DNA of 64,000 nt from Eukaryota sp. TZLM1-RC (Eukaryota > Protista > Metamonada: BaSk clade), in the NCBI GenBank assembly GCA_040285825.1, contig JAUPSS010000001.1, forward strand, positions 372,001 to 436,000, read 5' to 3'. Numbering within the stretch: the stretch's first letter is position 1; each line of letters begins with the position of its first letter. Positions 22,761-34,755 of the stretch are shown piece after piece. The notes beneath the pieces were generated by a model. It did no database searches and was not told the origin of the DNA. It saw only the letters and a list, made by a program, of their open reading frames with translations. The translations under genes and the position numbers were made by a program.

Positions 22761-25247
22761 ATGGCTGTACACGAGCCAATACTCAGTCGATCTTCTAGTA
22801 CTGATCTGCTTGGTAACGTTACCTTCGATGGGCAACAGGCCAAATATCAGGCTCCTATCCGTCCTGATTCCATCCTTACTGAGTTTATCTGGTTCCACAC
22901 TGTCGTCTGTCTCTTTGTTCTCCTGGCCGAGAAAACTGGTCTTGCTCCTGAAATCAGATTCGCTGCAGTGATTCCATATCTCTTCCTCATCTTCATCATT
23001 TACAACATTGACAGAATTCAGATCCGTAAGTACAGATACCCACCATTCATGCTCTTTGCCCATTGTTTGATACCATATTCCTTTGCCATCATCATTTCCC
23101 GTGAAGCATATGCTATTATCGCTTTGCTCTACGTCTCTGGGGTCTTCCTTTTCTACTCGCAATCTGGGGACCCACAACTTCGGAAGTACATCAACTATGC
23201 CACTCTTGTTTTTTTCATAACCTTTTGGCTTTCCATTCTCTTTATGAGGTTCTTCTACACTGATTCCTCTGATCACTACTCACACCCGTTCAAAGGTGCT
23301 GCCCTCCACACTCCAATCACTTTCTCCCAAGCAATGCCATGCGCTCTTGGCATTATAGTGTTGGGGTTTCTGTTTCAACGCCTGGGTGGTTTTGTTGAGT
23401 ATGTTTCTACTATAACAGAAAGAAGAACCAGAAGAATTGTTCAACTCTCCACCAAGGCCAATCAGCTGTTGGAACGAGTTAAGACTCTGGAAGAACAGGT
23501 CCAAGGTAAGTCAAGTGTCCCTGAAATCAACACCCCTTTGGAGCTGCTTCTGGATGACATAAACAAGCTAAAAAAGGATTCTTCACTGTCTTCTAAACAA
23601 AAGGAAGTTGCTGACCACATGCTTGACTGCCTATCAGAAGTGGCTAAGGGTACATTATTTAGACCATTGTTGACTGATTCAACACGGTCCACAATGTCAC
23701 CTGAAACCACGGCCTGGATATCATCAACCTTGCACCGATCTGCTTCGTCAGAGACACGTCACCAGTCCTCAACAACCTCTACTAGAAGGAAATCCGTTCT
23801 GTCCCACCCCCCTTCTTTCACCCAGGATTCAGAAAGTGATGTTGATGAAGCTCAATCTCCATTACCAGTGGTTACTTCAAAGTTGGGCAAAGTTGTGTAT
23901 GAGTTGTTGGAGCAAAGTAAGTTGCATCCAAGACCCTCATCAAGGAGATCTTCAACACCCGAGGATGTTGTTCTTCATGGAAGTGTTGCCATTGGACATC
24001 GCGCTTTAAACTACCTTCATAATGTCAACTCTATTACTCGTCCTTCATCAGCGGATCTCTCTACATTCAACTCATCTCTTCATCTCAGGAGGTCAATGAC
24101 ATTGCCCCCCCTAACACCTAACAGAACCTCAGCAATACCTAAAACAGTCAAGGAATGCCTGGAGGTCTACCGTATTGAACAACTTTCAAAGATGATTCAC
24201 CACTGGGACTTTGATGTGTTTAGTGTTGTGGATTTTACCAAGGGTTGTCCTCTGACAGCTACTACCATGGCTGCTATGTATTCTTCTGATTTATTGAAAG
24301 TTTTTAACTTGGAAATAAGCCAATTAGCAATGTTTTTATTAGAAGTGGAAAAAGGCTATCTTCCCAACCCATATCATAATTCCCTTCATGCAGCTGATGT
24401 CGTTCAAGCAGTGTTCTATTTACTTGAAGTTGAAGGTTTGGGTGACGTGTTTGATGACGTGGAGCGATTGGCTTTGATTATCGCTGCTGCTGTCCACGAT
24501 TTTAAACACCCGGGACAGTCCAATAATTTTCTACGGCAGACAATGCATCCTTTGACACTTACGTATAATGATTCAAGTCCTTTGGAGAACCACCATGTAG
24601 CGTCAATGTTTAGGCTGATGAGTAAAAAGCCTGAGCTGAATTTCTTGGAACAACTTGACATTTCAGATCAACAACGGTTTAGGAATTTTGTCATTGAGTT
24701 GGTTCTTGCCACAGATCTCCAGAAGCACATGGAGATAATCTCCTCATTCAAACTCGCGATGGCTGATCCTAACCAAAAATTCAGTGATGTGGCTCAACGG
24801 AAATTACTTGGCAAAATCCTTATTAAAGCTGCAGATGTTTGTAATCCAATACGACCTCAGAAAATTTCGTATTCATGGAGTTTACGGTGCATGGAGGAGT
24901 TTTATCGACAAGGGGATCAAGAAAAGCTCATGGGAATGAAAATTTCACCCTTTTATGACAGGTATTCACCCCAAGAGTCCCGGTGTCAGGTTTCATTTAT
25001 TGATTTTCTGGTACGTCCCATGTACGAGCAATTTTTTAAAGTATTGAAACCAAAAACAATTATTTTATTCAAATCTTTGCTAACAATTAATAGACAGTTC
25101 TGGGTTACTTGTAGTGATGAGGTGTTCTTGCCTAATGAGGACAAGGATGAGAAGAAGGGGGTCAAAAGAGTAGGTCAAAAAGAGGTACAAAGTCCAAAAG
25201 CAATTGGATCAGAAACCCCGCAGAAAATATTCAAAATTAAGCGATAG
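22761..25247 (+). CDS. Class I 3',5'-cyclic nucleotide phosphodiesterase with an N-terminal multi-TM region
   Basis: PYHNSLHAADV, AAAVHDFKHPG, LENHH, LATD, KAADVCNP, EEFYRQGD; hydrophobic N-terminus. Confidence 0.92.
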   Translation: MAVHEPILSRSSSTDLLGNVTFDGQQAKYQAPIRPDSILTEFIWFHTVVCLFVLLAEKTGLAPEIRFAAVIPYLFLIFIIYNIDRIQIRKYRYPPFMLFAHCLIPYSFAIIISREAYAIIALLYVSGVFLFYSQSGDPQLRKYINYATLVFFITFWLSILFMRFFYTDSSDHYSHPFKGAALHTPITFSQAMPCALGIIVLGFLFQRLGGFVEYVSTITERRTRRIVQLSTKANQLLERVKTLEEQVQGKSSVPEINTPLELLLDDINKLKKDSSLSSKQKEVADHMLDCLSEVAKGTLFRPLLTDSTRSTMSPETTAWISSTLHRSASSETRHQSSTTSTRRKSVLSHPPSFTQDSESDVDEAQSPLPVVTSKLGKVVYELLEQSKLHPRPSSRRSSTPEDVVLHGSVAIGHRALNYLHNVNSITRPSSADLSTFNSSLHLRRSMTLPPLTPNRTSAIPKTVKECLEVYRIEQLSKMIHHWDFDVFSVVDFTKGCPLTATTMAAMYSSDLLKVFNLEISQLAMFLLEVEKGYLPNPYHNSLHAADVVQAVFYLLEVEGLGDVFDDVERLALIIAAAVHDFKHPGQSNNFLRQTMHPLTLTYNDSSPLENHHVASMFRLMSKKPELNFLEQLDISDQQRFRNFVIELVLATDLQKHMEIISSFKLAMADPNQKFSDVAQRKLLGKILIKAADVCNPIRPQKISYSWSLRCMEEFYRQGDQEKLMGMKISPFYDRYSPQESRCQVSFIDFLVRPMYEQFFKVLKPKTIILFKSLLTINRQFWVTCSDEVFLPNEDKDEKKGVKRVGQKEVQSPKAIGSETPQKIFKIKR

Positions 25248-25429
25248 TTTTTGTTTTTTAGTCTTTTTTAGTCTTTTTGTGTATAAATAGTTTTTTATTT
25301 CTTTTCAATTGATTTAGTATTCTATATTCGACATGTTATTTATTTTCGGTAGAACAGAGATCAATAGAATTACAATCACTATAATAGTAATTGACATCAA
25401 CAACCACAAATAGTAATTCATCACTCAAT

Positions 25430-25975
25430 GGTGTTCTTGATGTTATTCATCTGGTAGGACCTCACTTGAAGTTTAGGGTTCTGATGATAGATGTCATATA
25501 TACTGTGATTGGATTGTGAACTCTGCAGGTGTTGTTGACTTTGTCTCCTGTAATGTTGCAAATGACACTTTGGTTCAAAGAAGAAAACGTAATCCTGTAA
25601 GTGCTCTTGATTTTAAAGCTAAAAAAACATAGAAAATATGACAAAGTTATCTAAGAAGCTAATGCTGATAGAAATAGACCTCTCGTTTTTATTGCTTTCC
25701 CAATTTCGATAAACGGAAGACTATCAGTAAAAGCAGGAACCTTTTTGAATTGTTTCCAAAAAATGGTTCAACAAAAAACAATGAAAAGATTTGATATCTT
25801 TTTATTGCGCTCTCGAATTCAATTTGCCATTTTTAATAGATTACCACGGTTTTTCAATCGAAAAATAGAAGCTTTAGCTAGACAGCAAGCAGTTCAACAT
25901 TTTGTAGAGTAAATCTTGGTTCAATGAATTTCGTCCCATTAGTTATGAATTAATTTTGTTAAGGGTGCAAATTCA
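25430..25975 (+). mobile_element. Family A CRE-like 3' fragment
   Basis: Near-identical to 43340-43860, with stops and indels. Confidence 0.8.
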
Positions 25976-26063
25976 ATCAATTCAGTTTACCAATTTCCAG
26001 AAGTAAATCATTCAAGCAATTTCCAAGTAAATCCGCTGCTTGACATTTTTGTACTATTAGCCT

Positions 26064-26894
26064 ATGTCAACCCCTACACCCTCCACCCCCAAGGGCTTAC
26101 AACGTGTAGAACATCATCTTAATGCCATCGTAACTGGTTCTCATGAGCAACGTGTATCAGCTTTGAAAGCCATTCGCAATCTTTCCATTCAACCCTCTAA
26201 ACGACGTGACCTAGCCTCCTTCAGTGGTTTTGTGGAGGTCATCTGCACTACTTTACTTGATCACGTGGAAGAATCACAGGTTGTATCTGCACTATGTGTT
26301 GAGATAATCAAAAATCTTGTTCTTGAACACCCAGTGATTGACCATCAATTTGTGATGGAGCCTTCTTGTCTAACTTCTATGAGCAAGCTCTTGGTGGAGA
26401 CAGACTCGGAGGACGTTCAGCTCAACGTTCTAGCCATTGTTGACTATCTTTCCATCCTTGAAATGCATCAAACAGCGGTCTGTGGTGAGGACGGTCTTGT
26501 CTCCTCTGTTTGTGAGTTCCTCGTCCATGAAAATGCTCAAATCAGAGATCATGCACTAATGACCATTCAGTACCTTTCAAGTAACCCAAAAAACAAGTTT
26601 ATCATGGCCCGAACAGACCCTATTCTATCAAAACTAACTGAATGTTTGGAATTTGATGACATGCAGTCACAGATACTTTTCGTCCTTGACTCTCTTGCCA
26701 GCTGTGAAGACAATGTTCCTGTCTTGGCCAGAGATGACCAGCTGATGATGATGCTTGTCCAGCTGCTAAACAGTGGTAATGATGAAGTGGTTGATGATGT
26801 GAGGAAGGTCTTGGAGCAGCTATCTAATGATGAATCTTTGAATTCTCCGAGTAGGTCTAGAGAATTGCAAGAGTGGGTAAATGTAGCTAATTAA
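26064..26894 (+). CDS. Armadillo-repeat protein
   Basis: Repeated helical ARM-like units (AL.AI.NLS, AL..I.YLS). Confidence 0.7.
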   Translation: MSTPTPSTPKGLQRVEHHLNAIVTGSHEQRVSALKAIRNLSIQPSKRRDLASFSGFVEVICTTLLDHVEESQVVSALCVEIIKNLVLEHPVIDHQFVMEPSCLTSMSKLLVETDSEDVQLNVLAIVDYLSILEMHQTAVCGEDGLVSSVCEFLVHENAQIRDHALMTIQYLSSNPKNKFIMARTDPILSKLTECLEFDDMQSQILFVLDSLASCEDNVPVLARDDQLMMMLVQLLNSGNDEVVDDVRKVLEQLSNDESLNSPSRSRELQEWVNVAN

Positions 26895-27082
26895 TTAGGA
26901 ACTTTGTATAATAAAGAGAATTGGATTCAAATAATTTTTATCTTGTTGTTTTGTTTTTCGCCTAACTCATGAAAAATGAAATCAAGGTCAACCAACATTT
27001 TCAGCACCTATCAGTGATAGAAATCCGATCAAAGTAATCATACACCAAACTCGGACAAGTCGGCCGACATAGGTCGGCAATT

Positions 27083-27190
27083 CAGGGGTTGAAATTATGG
27101 CATGGTGCTCATACCATAATTTCCATAATGCTAAGGCCATTATGATGGCAAGCGTTTTTCCCATAATGGGCCTTGATCCCATTATGAGTT
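27083..27190 (+). mobile_element. Possible isolated hAT-type transposon end
   Basis: CAGGGGTTGAAA followed by multiple CCATAAT/ATTATG subterminal motifs; no partner end found. Confidence 0.3.
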
Positions 27191-27705
27191 TATACTTTTA
27201 ACTCAATAATAAATAATTTGAATAAATAATTTTATTCAATTATTTACTTTTTATCTATACATCGATTATTCACCAAAAAAAACACAATTTAAAATAACTT
27301 CAGAATCAACCGAGTGTTGATCAAACCAGGTAGAGTCTTTGATTTGTTTTTGAATCAAGCGTTTTTGAACTTAATAATAATTTAATTTAACTTAATAATA
27401 ATTTAATTTAATTTAAGTTAATATTTCTGAATCTCCTTCAACCTTCTACAACCCACAACATTCTTCATTTAATGCCCCTCAGAAAATGGGAAGTTTCTAG
27501 TATAAAAGACGATTAAATTTCACTGACTTTCAACATTGCAACAGTTCTTCAGTCAGTTTTTTGTTTTAAAGCTTCCAATTGTAATGCTCTTGACCACTCA
27601 GATAATGTTCGCATCTTCACTTTAAATTTCATATTTAATGAACCATTCAAGTGGAAAACTATTTAAGACCAACCATTTACTATCATCTATTAATGAGATT
27701 AGCAG

Positions 27706-28953
27706 TTAATCATCCTTGTGGCTCTCTTTAACAACACTCATATACTCTTCGCTCATTCGCTCTGCCTCGTGCGCCCTGATATTGTCTCCTTTTTGACGAA
27801 AATCATCAGCAATTTTGACAAGTCTTCTAGCATCCAACGCAGCTCTCTCAGCAGCTGCAGATGAAACTTTTGTTCCTTTTTGCATCGCATTTTTGATTTC
27901 ATTCTCAAATCTAACATGCTGCTCTCTATTTGTCGCTGTTGAAACCATTCTGAAATTCAGAGGATGATTAACAATTGGCTCAACAAGATCTTTGTATTGA
28001 GCCTCAGTCATGTGTGGCCCCCTTCTGTGCTTCAAAGATTCAATTGCCACTTGCAATGAAGCGTAGTGAGCAACATCCCGTGAAGCATCAGTCTCTTTGC
28101 TACTTGGATGTTCCTTGGAATACTTCTGCTGAGCGTAAGAATCTCGAAAATGATGCGTTCTCATTTCAGCAGGATCAATCGCATGTGTTCCATGCTTCCA
28201 AGTACCATAACGGTGATCCCACTCACCTTCTTTTGTCAATCGAGCCTCATTGTGTTGCAATGCCTTAGATTCAGGTTTAATGTCTCCACGTGAAGTGCGT
28301 TTTACATCGCCGCGTTTTACTGCTCCAGAGGTGTCTTTCAAGTTGCCTTGAGCGTCATAGGACCAAGAGGGTTTATGGGTTGGGGGTTGGTAGGACGGTT
28401 TCGCAATTGCACTACGGTGATCCAGGGTCTGGTTTTGTGTTACAAGAGCATCACCACGACGAACAGCAGAAGACCGAGCATCAATTGTTCCACTCTGTGT
28501 AGTTTTTAGATCACCGGATCTCATTGCTGCTGAGCGGCGATCGGGAGCTCCACTCTTTGTTTCGAAATAGTGTTGTCCTGCATGTGACTCCTTACCACTT
28601 GGAGTGGTGCTGGATCCTTCAGTTCCCGTAGATTTGGACAATTTCGGGGTAGGGCCACCTCCACTCTTATTCGTAGCAGTCGCTCCGGTAGAAGAAGATG
28701 GTTTACTCGCAGCCAATGAACCATTCTTGCTCCCTTCTGTTGAACTAGAAGATCTTCCAATACCAGCAGATGAGGACGATTTCGAGGTAGGGACACCTCC
28801 ACTCTTATTCGTAGCAGTTGCTCCGGTAGAAGAAGATGGTTTACTCGTGGTGGTTGAACCACTCTTGCTTCCTCCTGTTGAACTCGAAGAAGTGCCTCCA
28901 CCAGACCGACCACCAGAAGATGATGAATGTCGTCCTGATCCAGGTCCTCCCAT
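27706..28953 (-). CDS. Hypothetical repeat protein with a putative C-terminal HNH-like motif
   Basis: Likely start MGGPGSGRH; G/S/T-rich region with a 138-bp duplication; six ~20-aa T..G..D.RS.A.R.G repeats; DVAH...N..NFRMV...NR..H. Confidence 0.7.
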   Translation of the reverse strand: MGGPGSGRHSSSSGGRSGGGTSSSSTGGSKSGSTTTSKPSSSTGATATNKSGGVPTSKSSSSAGIGRSSSSTEGSKNGSLAASKPSSSTGATATNKSGGGPTPKLSKSTGTEGSSTTPSGKESHAGQHYFETKSGAPDRRSAAMRSGDLKTTQSGTIDARSSAVRRGDALVTQNQTLDHRSAIAKPSYQPPTHKPSWSYDAQGNLKDTSGAVKRGDVKRTSRGDIKPESKALQHNEARLTKEGEWDHRYGTWKHGTHAIDPAEMRTHHFRDSYAQQKYSKEHPSSKETDASRDVAHYASLQVAIESLKHRRGPHMTEAQYKDLVEPIVNHPLNFRMVSTATNREQHVRFENEIKNAMQKGTKVSSAAAERAALDARRLVKIADDFRQKGDNIRAHEAERMSEEYMSVVKESHKDD

Positions 28954-29095
28954 AAAGATCACAATATATGCGAAAATTTTAATAATTGCTACCAAATTGT
29001 ACAATTAGCAGAGTTCTCTTTTCAGGACATCTTTACTTATCAACTAAACAAAATATTATCAGTGACGAAAGTTTTTGCAAATGGAGGTTCATTAC

Positions 29096-29791
29096 GGATT
29101 TTGCTAAACTTGAACTTTCTAAAATTTTATCAGGACACAACATGCTGAAGGCGATAGTGCTAGAGTGAATGATATCAGTCCCCTACAAAGAAGTTCTTCC
29201 TTCAGGATCCTCTTGGAATCTTGGAAAAGATGGAGCAACGAACAAGGCTTTGCCTTTCCCTTATGTGCTCATAAACCTGGTGTCTCCGTGTATTTCCGAT
29301 GTTCCTGCTACGCTAATCAATGAAACCTAATCCTCAATGAAACTTTTATTGAACGATTTCCTATTCACTTACAAGAACTTGATTTGTGGAGCAACGAATG
29401 TATTCCAAAAAGCTGTTGATTATAACGAACAGAGCTTACTACCAGTTGGAACTGAATTTATACATTGCTACACACAACAGTTCACTCATTTCAATAGCTA
29501 CACCACATCTCGTGTTGAATCAAATCATGCAGAGCTGAAAAGGAATCGAAAGAAGGCAAGAAGATGTGGTAATTGTGGTAGAGAAGGGCACTATGTGACT
29601 AAGTGTACGCTCCCTTGCGGTATATGTGGTGTAAGCGATCATAAGAAAAGGATTGTCCAGAGAATCGGAAGCATAGCAAGAACACAGCATGATAGACTAA
29701 CTAAATTGTTCTAGTAGTTTGAGTTGTTATAAAGAGTCTAAGTTGATATGGTACAAGGTTAGACATTTTCAGTACAAGTTTAGCAAGTCCC
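29096..29791 (+). mobile_element. Mutator-like (MULE) internally deleted element
   Basis: TIRs GGATTTTGCTAAACTTGAACT and rc GGGACTTGCTAAACTTGTACT; 9-bp TSD gttcattac/attcattac; transposase remnant TTSRVESNHAELK and CCHC knuckle CGNCGREGHYVTKC. Confidence 0.8.
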
Positions 29792-31409
29792 ATTCATTAC
29801 AACGTAATTAGTTTATTTGAATTTGTTGTGGTTATTGAATTTGGTAAAATATAAAATCTATCTGGAATACCATTTTATTATTGTGTGGTATTTTGAATTG
29901 TTTATACGTTATTCACAATGGTTGAACATTCAAAAATAATGAATAAGCAAGAAATGAACAAAATCTGGATTTGAATTGTTTTGTTTATTGTCATGGATCA
30001 ATTTTCTAAATTAAATTTTGAGCCTAACAATATAAACTTAGATTTAGAGGGACGAGATTCATTAAACCAAGGTTGAACTCAAAGGCTATTGATTCCTTCA
30101 TTCTATGAAAACCTGATTCAAAATGGCCATTTATCAATTGTGGCAAATTGAATAACAATTCCATGGAAAGAAACCCAACATCCAACGTTGTTTTTCCTTT
30201 GATGTTTGGAAAGCATTCCGAACATTTGCTACTTTTGTTGATAGTACTGGCCTTTAATTAAATTTTTGTGCTTTTAGAATTCAAACCACAGCTTGAGATT
30301 TCGAGATTTTTAAGGAAAAGATGAAAACATTAATAAAAAACACGATTCTTAAAATCCTTAAACTCTTCAAAAATTTCCAGAGCTTACATCTTTTCATCTG
30401 AATTATTAATCATATAGATTTGAAGCCAGTATAAGGAGATGTTATGTAATATGGATTGTATTGTAGAGCACTCCCTTTAGGATCGTTTTGGCAGTTGTTC
30501 CTATGTTGAGGGACCACAACATTTGCAATTTCATACTGAAATAATAAATGAATTTAAGGATCATCTGACAGGGAACTACTCCCTTGTACTCACATAATTT
30601 ATTTATAATTTATTATTATTTTATCAAAAAATAAATAATTGATTTCATGTTTCTCAACAATAATTACTGAATTACTCAAAGATTTACCATTTTTAATTTT
30701 AGTCATGCTTTTCTAACATCAGTTTTCTCCATGAATTTTCTTTTCGTTACTCTCATGTTTCAATTACAACATCTATAAAAAACCAAAAATAATCTGTAGA
30801 CATCATTTCTATCATTGGAATAACGACCCACAAAACAGACCAGGAATGGGAACAAATGAATAAAATATTTATTATATTCTACTTAATTTTACTTATTTCT
30901 GGAACCAAAAAATAATTTTGTTTTTTCGTACATGTAGAGAATATAGAAAAGTTGTCCTCACTTCCCTTTCTTGAACCAACTTGGCAAACATACCAAGAGG
31001 TGGTGAGGAAGATGTTGTCTTTGATGAAGGTGTTTTTTATTAGGTTTGGCTACAAACAAATAAAAGTTGAATTAATAAAATTAATAAAAGTTGAATTAAT
31101 TGTATTCACGATTTATTTCCTCAGTTTATGAAAACCAAAAATAATTGACATTCTTTTCTTAATTCTGAAACAGACTAGAAAATTGTTCATCTCATGTTCT
31201 TCTGGGCAATTGAAAAGAGTTTGTTTTTGCGTATTTGTTTCTGTAATTAGTTAATTTTGTAAAAATAAGAAAATTAAGCCATTACAAAATTCGTGATTTG
31301 TCATGACGTCTTGATGACGTAATGTTCAACTATGGTTTTAATTGGTTATGAAACCAACAATTTAATTTATTCCAATGAGAAACTAGACAACAAACGTAAA
31401 ATTCTAAAT

Positions 31410-31560
31410 CTTCCAAAATAATCAGCAAAAGAGAATTGACTGGAAGTTGTTTTTTCTTAAAAACGACCAAGAGTTGATAAAGCAGAAGAAAATAAGGGAC
31501 AGCACCTTTGAAAATTGAAACTACAATTCTGTTTTACCAAAATTGAATTCAATAAAAAGT
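31410..31560 (-). mobile_element. CRE-like extreme 3' fragment, homologous to 44020-44270
   Basis: Encodes NRIV..IFKG..L.SSALL; the two fragments align. Confidence 0.55.
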
Positions 31561-31739
31561 GAAAACTACAAAAATAAAATTCGAATTCTGTAACTGCCGC
31601 TGAATCAAATTATTTAGAATTAAATTCGCCCCCTGGAGTTTAGTGTACTGCAGAAGACAATGACGCAATAGTTTTAGAATGTGAAAATAAAACACCACAT
31701 ACAGGTCGTTGTAATGAAAAAGCTGAAAATTTTATCTTA

Positions 31740-34350
31740 AATACTTTATTTATTTGTCCCATTTGTGCTTCGCTTGACACTTTAGGTCCCCCTGTAAGAT
31801 TTCAAATGTTCTCAGTTCAACAGCATCTATTCATTTCATTTTCTGTTGCGTTTAGAACATTCAGTCTTGCTTTGAGAAAAGGTGAATGAGATGTTTTTTC
31901 TAGATGGAAATTTTTTTTGAAAAGAAATCAGGTTCTCGTCGCCAAAAAATTTTCACTCCAAGTAAACAACCTAAAAATAAAACAGTGCCAAAAATATTAT
32001 TACGTGGAAGATATGGTTCTGGAAAAAATGAACTTTTCTCATCTGAACTTGTGTCTGTTACTGATGAAACTGTGAATCAATTGGTCAATTTGCATCTAGT
32101 TGAAGTTTTCAATTTTGACAAACCATCTGCCTCACAATTTTGGAAGCAAAAACCACTTTCTGAAAAAGCTGAAGCTGCATTTTTTCGTCTATCATCTGGA
32201 AAAGCTCCTGGCCGATCTGGAAGCACTTTTGTTATGCTGAAAAAATTTTCTTCTGGAAAAACTACCCATTTACTTCAATCGTTACCTCCATCAGTAACAT
32301 ACAACTTTTGTAGGCATTTCAACAAAAAACGTACAGAATTTTTGGCTTTTTAAGGTCAGTTGATGCAACAATTGTGAAAAATCATATTTATGCTGATGTT
32401 CAACTTGGCAGTGGAAAGAAATTTGTTTTTGAATTTTTTAGAAGATATCCTTTTGCTGAAAATCTTTTTTTTTGAAACAACAAAATAGTCTTTTCCTGGA
32501 TAAGTTAAGGGTAACCAAGTATCAAGTTTATCTCCTGAATTTTGACAATCATGTTTCCCTATAGCTATTCAATATATTCCGGAAAGAAGTTTGTTTTCTT
32601 GGAAAATTGCGTAGAAAAAACTTCAAAGACATTTTTTGAAAAAAATTAAAAGTACGCATTTTATTGTTCGACTTAGCACGGCTAAGCAAGAAAATCCTGC
32701 TTTTGCAAAATTTTTGATTGATTTGAAGGAGAGTTCATCTGCAGTTTTGTAGAAACAAATTCCCCAAATTTATAAATTATTTTTAAATGACGACCAATGG
32801 AATAGTGCCATGAAAATGCGTTGTCATTTGTGGCCATGTAATTTTGCCCAATGATTTGTTTTGTAAAAGTGGAGCTGGTTTGATATTATCATATTTATTT
32901 AATTGCAACAGATTTATTTCTTATTGTTCCACTTTGATGCCGTTAGGCAGATGAACACACGAAGGGGAGAGAGAGAAATCTAAGTTTATTAATAAAACTG
33001 ATTCATAAATGAGTATCACGTCATCAGTCGAAAAACAAAGAAACCTACTAATTCAATATGAGTTCAACAACAACACTACTTTTTCCCACTTTTCTGAGGA
33101 CAAATACAGTACTGGCTCAATAGAGGGAAGATATGGGGTTTGTTAAATTCTCCGGTGCATCGTTGGTATGAGAACGTTGGAGACCTACGGGAAGAATTCC
33201 TCTGGCAAATCGGTTCAGAAAAGCTATGTCTGGCAACTTCAGTCCGGAAGCCCTACTCTTTACCTGGAGGAAACGTCGCAGGTAACAGGACATGCGTTCT
33301 CGGACGTCACCAATACGGACATCAAGCTTCAGTTCTGACATAGCCAGACTAAAATCTTCGTACGTGACGAACGATACGACAGATTGTAGATGTCTGAGAA
33401 GAACATCGTCACTGGATGAGACGTCGGATTTCTGGAGAGATAGGACTCTAACAGAAAAGAATCGACCAAGAGTCTTGCTGGAACAAGCTCTTTCTTAGGA
33501 GTCACCGAAGAATAAATCTTTCACTCCTATAGGAACAGAAGAACACTTTCAACTTTCATGGAAGAAAGAGACGTCAGGTTAACAGAGGGAACAGTCATCT
33601 GAAATAAGAAGGGCCAATAATTATTGATGCCGTTAGGCAGATGAACACACGAAGGGGAGAGAGAGAAATCTAAGTTTATTAATAAAACTGATTCATAAAT
33701 GAGTATCACGTCATCAGTCGAAATACAAAGAAACCTACTAATTCAATATGAGTTCAACAACAACAACTTTGCATTATGTAAGAAATTGAATCCATGTAAT
33801 GTGTAATTCAAATTCATATTGAATCATTTGTGGAACCGTTGTGAGGTTCCTTGATATAAATGACAATTTAGGAGATTCAAAATATGGAAAACGACGTGCT
33901 GATGTTGTTTTGCCCTCATTTAATGATGTTTTGAATGTTGTTGACATTGTAACAGTGGATGTTTCCAAAACAAAGGCCTTGAAAAATGAACAATTTGAAG
34001 TATTTCGCCATAATGATTCAGAATTGTACCACCGGAAGAAATATGCAAATCATTTGAAAGAAATGAAACATTTTCGCCATGAATTTTGCCCATTTGCAAT
34101 AACTTTCCATGGACGCCATGGAAAAACTGCAATGAATTTTATTGATGATTTTGAAAATCTGGCAAAAAGAAGAATAAATAAGCGTTTTTATCGTCGTGTG
34201 AGTTTGAATCGTATTTTTTTTACTATTTTCTAAACAATTCCTAAAATGATTTCGAAAGCTCTTATGTCTGTCAGTGCACATTGCGAAAACAATGCTGTTG
34301 TACGGTTTCATAGTGGGGAAGCTTGTTTCGAAGATATTGATTTCTAGTTG
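31740..34350 (+). mobile_element. Heavily decayed CRE-like element interrupted by a TRIM
   Basis: GRYGS, GKAPG, NPAFA.FLIDLK, KRRADV, DIVTVDV, FEDIDF*. Confidence 0.75.
32935..33765 (-). mobile_element. TRIM-like non-autonomous LTR retroelement, copy 1 (831 bp; LTRs 33625-33765 and 32935-33075)
   Basis: 141-bp TG..CA LTRs with 1 mismatch; 4-bp TSD ACTT; PPT; disrupted gag-like interior. Confidence 0.92.
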
Positions 34351-34755
34351 GTAATTTTGGAAAAAAAAACTAATATTGTTTTAAAAAAGTTTTACCAAAA
34401 CATTTTGTCAAAAAAAATTTCCTATACGTTTCCTTTATTTTGACTGAGCTAACGGTATAAAAGAATTATTGAACAACACATCAGTAATGATGGTCGTCCC
34501 TTCAAGACCTTCAAGCATTAAATCACCCCTATTTCGACCAAAAGAATTCAAAGTATCTTCATCAACCCAACGAGAGAGTAATGGTTATAAATAGGAAACA
34601 ATTCTGTGTCACTTTGAGGTACAATAGAGTTGATCGCTCACTGCATCATGAACTTCTGATCGGAAAGTAATAAAGTGTTTACAATTTAATTGGTTACATA
34701 TGAAACAAAAACTTCCAACCCATCCATCAACCATCTTTTACCTGCTTCTCTACCC

